From a virus (taxonomy: Duplodnaviria; Caudoviricetes), in the IMG/VR virus record IMGVR_UViG_3300031998_000003, positions 160,001-224,000 of that record: a DNA stretch of 64,000 bases; one strand, 5' to 3'. A model generated the notes under the pieces. That model made no database searches and was not told where the DNA came from. It was given only the letters and a program-made list of their open reading frames with translations. Numbering within the stretch: position 1 is the stretch's first letter; each line of letters opens with the position of its first letter. The position numbers and the translations under genes are program-made. Positions 47,809 through 56,290 of the stretch are shown here, one piece after another.

Positions 47809-50800
47809 ATGATTAATGTACATGATGATGCTGATCTCCAAAAGCTAAATCGTTTTGTGAAAAATATATCTGATAAGAATGACGTTAATGCAAACTATCA
47901 TAATCTATATTTGATCAGAAAATATGATATGTCCGGTCATGTTATTGATGAAAAATATGGAATGAATCTATGGACTGATCATGGTTTATTCCGTGTCAAT
48001 AATACCGGATCATCATCGAAAACCCAATTTTATTTGATATTTGGCACGGGTGATGTGACACCCGATTTCGCTGATATCACGATGACAAATCTGGCGTTCA
48101 GTGTATATCCAAATATCACGTTATCGATTACCAGATATCCCATGAAATATGATTCTGAAACAGATCTGATATCAGAAGTTTGTACATTTGGATCTGGAAC
48201 GCTTGATTACAATCTCAGCGGTGTATCATCTGACGTTGAAGTTACTCATTTCGGAATCTATACAAATGCTGAATCTGGCCAAAAACTCATAGTTCATTCA
48301 AAAGTATATGATGCCAATGGTATGGAGTCTTCGTTCACGAAACATCCAAATGAAAAAGTTGTAATCACTGTGTATCTGAAAGGATGCTTGTTATCAAAAT
48401 TGATAACAGACGCCTATAACAACGGCATCTATGCATCATTTGTCGGATTTCATTCCACATTGTTAACATTGTATGATTCATCGTATATCCGTATGATGTA
48501 TGATAACGAGCAAACAGCTGTCGGATCTTATTTTTATGGATATATACCTTCTGGTAGCAGTTATAAAATTCCATTTGGTAACGGTGAAACAGTTGATGCA
48601 TCAACCCATGAACGCACCTCGGTCCGTTCACGACAAAGCGGCACCAGTACATTGATTACACATAATGCTCAATATGTATCATCGCTTGCCGTGAACTGGT
48701 ATGGTGGATTGCTGCTACATGCGGATGTCAAAATGTCACAACCTGAAGAAATCACATGTGATTGTGTGTATACTGAAGGAAATCAATCATTTGAGTTCAT
48801 GCGTCCATTCGGATATCCAGCACGTCGAAACAACGCACAATACAATTTTGATTCGTCAAATAGAATGGATGGTTGTATACCTGTTAATGATTTCGTCATT
48901 ACATCGTCATATATGTGGGATTATTCAACAAAAGATTGGACAATACAAGAACAGTTCAGCAATCCCGATCCCGGAAAATATGTATTTGTACCATTCTTCA
49001 AATCTGATAACGATCTAAACGGTGATACCAGGTACACAACATTTTCAAACAATTCATGGCAAGGTGCTTCTAGTCTTTGGATTAACGATGCTGATGGAAT
49101 TGGTGTTGCCGTATTTATCAGAACAAACAAGCACACTAATATTCCGATTAAAAAGTTCATGACCGATGGGACTGCCATGACAGTTTATGGAACGAACAAA
49201 TACTGGGATGGATCGACATATGTAAAGATCCCAACATATGCAAGTGATATTCCCTCAGAATGTCGGAACTTCAAGTATTATTTATTTACACAAGACATCA
49301 GTGCTCGTGCAGAATACATCTATTCTGATCCAGATGATGTTCCGCACATTGTACCAACACGACAGCCGTTCGATATTGACATTCCGGAACTGGAAAGTGA
49401 ATCCAGTAGTTTTAACGGGGGACTTAATCTACTAGCATCAACAACAAACGGATGGATTGCGACATTTGATCATGTTGTATATCCGTATGCCCAAGGTGGA
49501 CCTGTTGTGTATTCACTGATACCGTATGAATTAAATGGGCCTATGAAGAATCATGTGTTGATTGATGTTGAAAACAATATCAATGAAGTCACTTGGCAAT
49601 CTGGTAGATTTGATTCAACCGGAGCGCTCGTTGCAGATTCGTATGCCTGGTATACTGATCAAATTTTCGATATCACTGGATATCAACATCTTTGTTGGCA
49701 AGGCACATTCACCCCAACACAGAATCGCGGTGACAGAATCATCTACTATCTATATGATGCAGATGAGAATTTTATCTCACTTATAAATTCAACCGACACG
49801 ACAAATAGTGTTGGAAATCTGAAAAACGGCATATTTGATAATCTTCCTGATAATGTGAAATATGTCCGCTTTGGATTTTGGAGAAAATATGGATATGGTG
49901 ATCCAGAATCACCAAGTGTCATACAGAAACTATCGTACTGCGAACTATTCCTATTTAAACCGGCACTGAACAAACGTTATGCTACAAAAGATCGGATTTT
50001 AATGACAAATGTTTATCTATGCCATGGTTCGGAGACAGCATATCGACCGGATTCCGGTCATTCCAATTATCCGGGGAAATATTCGCACTGTAATATTCTC
50101 ATTGCAAAGGTCGGTTCAGATCCAACAGTACCACCTGAATTCCAACTTATAAATTTCCCATACCATGTACCGTATAGGCACCTGACAAGTAGTCTCATGC
50201 ACAGTTTTGACGAATATACCGGATTCTATGTTATATCAAGACCAAATACTCAGCGGGGCTCTGATGTTCCAATGAAAGTATTTGGTCTTGATTTATATGC
50301 AATCGATAATGGTACATCAAATCCGTCTGATAATGATGCTGAGATGTTCTATATTGGTGATGGATATGGCTGTAAACTGTGTAAAAAATACAAGTGGTGC
50401 TCATATTTTGATGCAACGAATGCACATATAATCCACGCATATGATCTCGAAAATCGTACAGAAATTTGTACATTCACAATTGACAATACCTATACAATCG
50501 ACGTGTATTCTCAGGTATATAATATCGGACACTACATCTATGTGCCATGTAAAAATGGAAGCAAAGAAACTGTGATATTATGTGATATTGAATCACAACG
50601 CTGGGAAGAAGTTGACACATTTACATCACCAACATTGTATAACATTTCATATCGAAATTTCAATTCCATAAATAACGGCTATTATTGGAATGATGATAGT
50701 GTTTTGTCATTGAATTTTGATCCATGCTGGGCTGGATTTGCAACAACTGGATTCACGGATGGTGATATGATTTCATTAACAGGTTATTATTATTATGATG

Positions 50801-51345
50801 GATCTGTTGTTTATAATGGAACAATTACTTCCGATGAACCTCGTAAATGGAATAAGAGTATTCGAACAACCACTTACGTATCTAAAAGTCAAACATATGT
50901 GGCGGCACCGTGTGGTGTATACAATGATAATACAATAACAGCAGGTGTGACTCGGTTGATTCTAACGGACGACGGGAAACATTTGCTTGGTATTGGACGA
51001 ATATCGAATCCATGGTTATCAGATTCTTACGCAGTATTTGATGTTGGAATGTATATGAATAATGGTCAGTCATATCGATATGGTGACGAGACAGAACCAT
51101 ATTATTACATTCAACAACCAGTATTTAGAACTGCACCGTTAGAAAACTCTGTAATCACATATTTCGATGACGGCATCATTGCATATGCTCCCGGAAAAAT
51201 CAGATGGTCTCCATTGTCATGCTGGTTACCTCATAAGGTGACAGGTACCACATATACCATTCAGGCATACAATAATCCAAAGAATATTTCAGGTGGTTCA
51301 ATTACAATGAAAATCAGTAATCGGATACCAACACTTCCGATTTAA
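47809..51345 (+). CDS. tail fibre/baseplate-associated protein, paralog of 44605..47259
   Basis: NLYLIRKYDMSGHVIDEKYGMNLWTDHGL; C-terminal LPHKVTGTT. Confidence 0.65.
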   Translation: MINVHDDADLQKLNRFVKNISDKNDVNANYHNLYLIRKYDMSGHVIDEKYGMNLWTDHGLFRVNNTGSSSKTQFYLIFGTGDVTPDFADITMTNLAFSVYPNITLSITRYPMKYDSETDLISEVCTFGSGTLDYNLSGVSSDVEVTHFGIYTNAESGQKLIVHSKVYDANGMESSFTKHPNEKVVITVYLKGCLLSKLITDAYNNGIYASFVGFHSTLLTLYDSSYIRMMYDNEQTAVGSYFYGYIPSGSSYKIPFGNGETVDASTHERTSVRSRQSGTSTLITHNAQYVSSLAVNWYGGLLLHADVKMSQPEEITCDCVYTEGNQSFEFMRPFGYPARRNNAQYNFDSSNRMDGCIPVNDFVITSSYMWDYSTKDWTIQEQFSNPDPGKYVFVPFFKSDNDLNGDTRYTTFSNNSWQGASSLWINDADGIGVAVFIRTNKHTNIPIKKFMTDGTAMTVYGTNKYWDGSTYVKIPTYASDIPSECRNFKYYLFTQDISARAEYIYSDPDDVPHIVPTRQPFDIDIPELESESSSFNGGLNLLASTTNGWIATFDHVVYPYAQGGPVVYSLIPYELNGPMKNHVLIDVENNINEVTWQSGRFDSTGALVADSYAWYTDQIFDITGYQHLCWQGTFTPTQNRGDRIIYYLYDADENFISLINSTDTTNSVGNLKNGIFDNLPDNVKYVRFGFWRKYGYGDPESPSVIQKLSYCELFLFKPALNKRYATKDRILMTNVYLCHGSETAYRPDSGHSNYPGKYSHCNILIAKVGSDPTVPPEFQLINFPYHVPYRHLTSSLMHSFDEYTGFYVISRPNTQRGSDVPMKVFGLDLYAIDNGTSNPSDNDAEMFYIGDGYGCKLCKKYKWCSYFDATNAHIIHAYDLENRTEICTFTIDNTYTIDVYSQVYNIGHYIYVPCKNGSKETVILCDIESQRWEEVDTFTSPTLYNISYRNFNSINNGYYWNDDSVLSLNFDPCWAGFATTGFTDGDMISLTGYYYYDGSVVYNGTITSDEPRKWNKSIRTTTYVSKSQTYVAAPCGVYNDNTITAGVTRLILTDDGKHLLGIGRISNPWLSDSYAVFDVGMYMNNGQSYRYGDETEPYYYIQQPVFRTAPLENSVITYFDDGIIAYAPGKIRWSPLSCWLPHKVTGTTYTIQAYNNPKNISGGSITMKISNRIPTLPI

Positions 51346-51360
51346 CTGATTTCCTATCTA

Positions 51361-51369
51361 TATATTATT
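51361..51369 (+). promoter_or_regulatory. early-type promoter motif with no ORF downstream
   Basis: TATATTATT followed 4 nt later by the first stem of ncRNA D. Confidence 0.65.
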
Positions 51370-51372
51370 AAG

Positions 51373-51490
51373 GTGAATACTGACAGAACTGCGCGGTTCC
51401 GGATAAAACAGGTTAGAGTCTAACCAGCCTGCCGGGTGTTCTCCGCCTCTATGAGGTTTATGCCGCGAGATTGCAACTGTCAGTTTTCAT
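51373..51490 (+). ncRNA. candidate structured ncRNA D
   Basis: GTGAA-T-ACTGACAG/CTGTCAGT-T-TTCAT closing stem, CGCGGT/GCCGCG, TCCGG/CCGGG, GGTTAG/CTAACC, GCCTC/GAGGT; G-U pairs favour + strand. Confidence 0.6.
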
Positions 51491-51495
51491 ATTTA

Positions 51496-51650
51496 AAGAC
51501 GCATGGGGTGCAAGCATTTTCATAAGTATCCACAATGTACACGGTTGTGGTATGGAGAATATGCGGTATGGGAAAATATGTGTTCGTGCCTAGACTGGGG
51601 TACAGCATATGGAACCATATTGACAGCCTCATGTGTCTTCATTTTTTTTT
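51496..51650 (+). ncRNA. candidate structured ncRNA E (three-way junction) ending in T9
   Basis: 13 bp AAGACGCATGGGG/CCTCATGTGTCTT closing stem with two long internal arms. Confidence 0.6.
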
Positions 51651-51663
51651 GTAACGATAATGA

Positions 51664-51708
51664 GATTATGGGGGCCGATGGCCCCCATAATCCATTTGTT
51701 TTTTTTTT
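51664..51708 (+). terminator. intrinsic terminator
   Basis: GATTATGGGGGCC-GAT-GGCCCCCATAATC + T tract abutting the convergent stop codon. Confidence 0.9.
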
Positions 51709-54700
51709 AGATTGCGTTGAGCACGATACTTGCGTCATCCAGGACAAACATTTCAGGAACATATCGTTCAAGCTCTTTTGTTGGGAAGTCTTCGATGGTA
51801 TCCCACATTTGAACAATACACTGATAATCAGCATTCATGTAGTTTCCATGCGGGTCTCCCTTTTCGTCAGTGTACCATCCTTTGAACTTCAGATATGCAA
51901 CGTTTGGATGTGACTCCAATTGCTGAATCAGTTGAGAGATGTAGATATTGTTATCCATCGAAATCATATCAACCGGTGTATGAATTGAAGTCAAACGGTT
52001 AAAGTACGACTTAATGATATTTCTGATTTCCTTGAATGTGATTGTTTCCATAGCAGGATTAAACAGATGAACATCGAACTCAAGCTGTACATCCAACGAT
52101 GGCCAGAATAATTCATTCGTATCCGCAGTTTCTGTATCTGTACGAGATTCATAGATCTTTTTACTCACATCAGATGCATACGAGTGAGGATATCCGTATG
52201 TCGCAATTAGTTTGCAATCCAGATAGTTGTTACCCTCAAGACGTTTGAAGATAACCGGCTCAATCGCTTTGTGAATCTGTGTGAATGAGGCAACAAACTC
52301 ATCGAACTTTTCAGAATTCATCAGAGTATGCTGGACGAATGGGACCAACTGAATTTCAATTGCTGAATCAACCGATGTACCAGCATATGCTTCGGATATC
52401 ATCGTCGGATAATTTCCAATCTCCCAAGCGAGTTCAGACCATTCACCTTCAGTCAGATCAGTTGTTGTGAACACACTCTTCAGTTTCACAAGCAGTAATT
52501 CCAGTTTGATATAATGCTCTTGATTTTGAACAGGTGGAATACTTGTTTCAACACTAACATCAGACTGATTGATGGATACTTTCAGACCAGTTCCATCACT
52601 ACCTGAAATACGTTCGGTCATAAGTTGTGTGGTATCACTACCGCCCATCATTTCAGACCAATCATAATCTTCATAATCGACAGTGATTGCAGCTGTTCCA
52701 GTATCCCATTCAATATTGTCACCAACATTTGTCAAAGGTGTGATACTCCATACTGGTCCAGTTTTATCATCAGATGCACTGTTATATCCATCAACGATAA
52801 ATGCACCTTTTGATGTAGCACCATTGGCAAATATAATGCGTACAATATCACGGCTGTATCCTGTACCACCGGCTTCGATATTCACTTTTCCGATCTTATA
52901 CTTAATATTGTATGTACGACGAATGTCATCCAATTTGTTCAACATATCGCCAGCAATCTTTTGTATTCTCGGGAAGTCTGATGTGCTGGAATGATTCAAC
53001 GCATATGCCTGAATGTCAACCAAATTTTCAGCATCATTATCACTGCTGCACAGTTCCATGAATGCATTATAAGAATCGATTTCGTTTTGAGACGGAACAT
53101 GATTCTCACCAAACTTCACGACACTTCGCATTTCTTTGAGTTCCTGCAGCAGCGACATATTGTCGACCTTCCATCGATCCATCAATCGATATCCAGTATA
53201 GTCAGTGTTATCAAGGAATTCAGTTGGATGTAACGGATCGCTTGATTCAAACAATATGGATATTTGAATCTCTGGATTGATTGCATTGATAACGATCTCA
53301 CCGTTGTATGATGTGGGATGCCATGCACCACCGCCGTGATCAACAGATGCAATTTGAATACGATTGTCAGATCCTATAAGCTTATTCAACGGATTTAGAA
53401 TCGCCTCGAATTCAACACTTCCGTCAGAATCAACATTCTTCGGAATCATCTCCAACCAGCCATTTGTATTTCCATTGATACGAGTCTCCAACATAACACG
53501 CATCTTGTTCTGATTCAGTGGAATCTGTGTGTTTACCATCGTGAACATTGGGATGTCAGGTGTGCTCGCAAATGTCGAGAATGGAACACGTGTATACAAG
53601 ACGGATGCCTCACTTGGAACAGGTTTCATCTGCGCATACAATATGATTCCAGGTTCTTCATCTGATGCAATCGTATTGGTCAGATCGAATACCATCACAC
53701 CCGTCTGAGGATCTTCAAAAGGTGTAATGGGAATATCAACATACATTGCGTTATCGATCGTTACAATAACACCGTCGGGATGGCCAGCATCAACCAGCGT
53801 AAAGCTGACGCTTCTGTTTTGAATACCGATTCGGTACAAGTCTTGTTCATTGAATGTCTGATACTTTTCTTTGGTGACATAGTTTGCGTCAACTTTGATT
53901 GCCGTTACATAACCATTTTGAGATGTTTTCAGACGAAGATCATAATGTTGTGAATGTTCAGCTTGTTCAAATACATATGGGTCTGTTCCCGCACCATTGA
54001 CGCTAATACCACTGATTGTGATAGTAGTGTCATCACGTTGGTAGACTTTATTACCATCTTGCATACAGACACCATTGTCACCCCACAATTCAGCCGAACC
54101 GATATATTTATCGTATCCCTGAATGCGCATTGCGGTCAGCTTCTTTGCATTAGTAACAGGATCAACTTCCTCGATCCAGAAATCTGACAGAATGATTTTA
54201 TTTGGATCATTTGTATCAACGACTCTGTCACGGACGCACATATATGTGTTCTCTGGATCGAACAAAATGTATTTATCCTTTGGATTCTGAACAAGAACCG
54301 GAACATTGACTTCATATAACTCAGAAGGACGTTCGAAGTAATTCCACAGTTCTTGATTGAACTGCGGTGTACTGATCATGGTCTTCGTGACTGTAACAAA
54401 TTTCTCTCCATTGATAGTTCCGCCTGTTGATGGTGACACAACAATCTTCAGTCTGTAGTAGTCTTCCATGAAGTTTCTTGTTACTTGGACGAGTGTTGGT
54501 GTTGCGTGATAGATTAGCGCCGTATCATCTTCATCTTGGACATATTCATGATTGGTTGGGACATTTGTTGCAGTTACAACAGAATTGATCCATGGATTGA
54601 AATATCCAATCGCAAATGGATCTTTCTGAATACGGATCCCAAATGGATTCGCAAAGATGAATTTAGATCCGATTGCGAATGATGTCTTAGCTGTTTCGAA

Positions 54701-56137
54701 TTTACCATTCGATCCAAGCAGTGGCTCAACAGTATACTTTCTAGCGTCGCCGCTTGTATACAACCACACAAGTCCTGGTGGAATGATAATTTCATTGGTG
54801 GCATACATGTCACCTTTTCCGTCATCATTCATGTAGAGATACTGATACGGAATCTTTGCATGTAGCGTATTCGTACGGAACACGTTGTCCTCAGCATCTT
54901 TCAATGCGATGTATCCACTCCAGATGCGACCCCATGGATCATCACGGCGTTTGAAGAAGAACGGATATAGTACATTCTTAAAGTGGAATGTGTTGAACCA
55001 TTCTTCTATATCATGATCCGATGAGATCACATTTGCAGTATTATATGCCTCAATAGTTTCACGACGCGTTGTTTCAATCGTGCCAATATTTGTACCCGCT
55101 TTACTTGCCGAAATAACAAACACAGCTTTCATGACATTTCCATTGTTTGAATACTTGCTCGATGATGTGATAACACCCGGTTGTTCATCAGTCTTAAATG
55201 ATGAGAAGTTTGCTGCTTCACCGTGGCATGTGTATACAGTGATCTCATATGATGAATTCAACTTCGGTACAAAGTAACGGGTACCGTTCAGCTGGAACAT
55301 GAATCGGATTGTCTTTGGTGAATCCATGATATAATGAACATATGGTTTCTGATCATTAACATCCGAATGAATTGGGAGAATGTGATCATGTGGGATGTAT
55401 TCTTCTTTACCAGATCCATCAATATACTTGATGTCAAATCCAGCAATATGATTTGTACATGTGATCAAAGCATCCTCGTTTGGAATTCCGTTCGTCATGT
55501 TGTTCACGACGACATGTGTCTCGCGTTCATACTCTGACGCTTTGACGAATAGACACAACCATGTTTCAGATACACGATACAAGATGTATGGATCTTTGTT
55601 TACAGCAACAGAATTCATCTGATCCATATTGATGTATTGCACATTCCACGCCGGAGCGGACGATTGAATGGTTGCTGTTGCCTCACTCTTGTACTGAATT
55701 AGAATGTCATAGTCCAATGAGTACACACTGCCGTTGGATAGATTGAACTTCGTGTTCTTGTCAAGAATGAACTCATACAATCCATTGTCAGAATTGAATG
55801 TTGCATTCGCCATCAAATCTTTGATGCGGAGTTCCAACATGAAATTGCAGCATGACGGAGTTGCATATGAATAACCGATATTGAAGATTGCTGCCTCTGA
55901 GTAAATGGAATCAGCCAACATCGCTTTCGTAATGAATGATTCATTATGATAGAATGACGCAGTAAATGCCATGTTCTCAATTGCTTGTGACATATACTCA
56001 TTAATGATCGAGAACGAGCCTGTATTCAGAATATTCAATGGAATATCTTTGAACACACGTGGCATCAATACGTCTGAAATGTATCGTTTGATTTGAGCAT
56101 CATCCGAATAGTTATTCAGCGTAACTGTATCAGCCAT
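51707..56137 (-). CDS. baseplate wedge protein (T4 gp6-like), about 1476 aa
   Basis: HNESFITKAMLADSIYSEAA..NI, YTCHGEAANF, ISSDHDI, FFKRRDD, NIYISQLIQQLE..PNVAYLKF; AAGGAGG SD supports ATG 56137. Confidence 0.75.
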   Translation of the reverse strand: MADTVTLNNYSDDAQIKRYISDVLMPRVFKDIPLNILNTGSFSIINEYMSQAIENMAFTASFYHNESFITKAMLADSIYSEAAIFNIGYSYATPSCCNFMLELRIKDLMANATFNSDNGLYEFILDKNTKFNLSNGSVYSLDYDILIQYKSEATATIQSSAPAWNVQYINMDQMNSVAVNKDPYILYRVSETWLCLFVKASEYERETHVVVNNMTNGIPNEDALITCTNHIAGFDIKYIDGSGKEEYIPHDHILPIHSDVNDQKPYVHYIMDSPKTIRFMFQLNGTRYFVPKLNSSYEITVYTCHGEAANFSSFKTDEQPGVITSSSKYSNNGNVMKAVFVISASKAGTNIGTIETTRRETIEAYNTANVISSDHDIEEWFNTFHFKNVLYPFFFKRRDDPWGRIWSGYIALKDAEDNVFRTNTLHAKIPYQYLYMNDDGKGDMYATNEIIIPPGLVWLYTSGDARKYTVEPLLGSNGKFETAKTSFAIGSKFIFANPFGIRIQKDPFAIGYFNPWINSVVTATNVPTNHEYVQDEDDTALIYHATPTLVQVTRNFMEDYYRLKIVVSPSTGGTINGEKFVTVTKTMISTPQFNQELWNYFERPSELYEVNVPVLVQNPKDKYILFDPENTYMCVRDRVVDTNDPNKIILSDFWIEEVDPVTNAKKLTAMRIQGYDKYIGSAELWGDNGVCMQDGNKVYQRDDTTITISGISVNGAGTDPYVFEQAEHSQHYDLRLKTSQNGYVTAIKVDANYVTKEKYQTFNEQDLYRIGIQNRSVSFTLVDAGHPDGVIVTIDNAMYVDIPITPFEDPQTGVMVFDLTNTIASDEEPGIILYAQMKPVPSEASVLYTRVPFSTFASTPDIPMFTMVNTQIPLNQNKMRVMLETRINGNTNGWLEMIPKNVDSDGSVEFEAILNPLNKLIGSDNRIQIASVDHGGGAWHPTSYNGEIVINAINPEIQISILFESSDPLHPTEFLDNTDYTGYRLMDRWKVDNMSLLQELKEMRSVVKFGENHVPSQNEIDSYNAFMELCSSDNDAENLVDIQAYALNHSSTSDFPRIQKIAGDMLNKLDDIRRTYNIKYKIGKVNIEAGGTGYSRDIVRIIFANGATSKGAFIVDGYNSASDDKTGPVWSITPLTNVGDNIEWDTGTAAITVDYEDYDWSEMMGGSDTTQLMTERISGSDGTGLKVSINQSDVSVETSIPPVQNQEHYIKLELLLVKLKSVFTTTDLTEGEWSELAWEIGNYPTMISEAYAGTSVDSAIEIQLVPFVQHTLMNSEKFDEFVASFTQIHKAIEPVIFKRLEGNNYLDCKLIATYGYPHSYASDVSKKIYESRTDTETADTNELFWPSLDVQLEFDVHLFNPAMETITFKEIRNIIKSYFNRLTSIHTPVDMISMDNNIYISQLIQQLESHPNVAYLKFKGWYTDEKGDPHGNYMNADYQCIVQMWDTIEDFPTKELERYVPEMFVLDDASIVLNAI

Positions 56138-56176
56138 TAGAAACCCTCCTTGGTTGTTTTGTTTGTGGGTTCGAAA

Positions 56177-56246
56177 ACCCAAATGTAATGTTTAACACCT
56201 AACAATATGGTGTTCGAACAACATTACATCAACGTTTTGATGTAAT
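56177..56246. promoter_or_regulatory. face-to-face late-type promoter motifs embedded in inverted repeats
   Basis: + AC-CCAAAT-GTAA 56177-56188; - AC-GTTGAT-GTAA 56235-56224; ATTACATCAA-CGTT-TTGATGTAAT inverted repeat. Confidence 0.55.
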
Positions 56247-56290
56247 CCTATACTATTATACATGAAATCTATATGAAAGGAGTTTCGAAC

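Noticed and set aside
47809-51650. Diversity-generating retroelement (fibre gene followed by non-coding region)
   Set aside because: No reverse transcriptase in the window and no template/variable repeat pair seen
51503-51913. 136 aa plus-strand and 104 aa minus-strand ORFs
   Set aside because: No SD; they cross poly-T tracts and a terminator and overlap the baseplate gene
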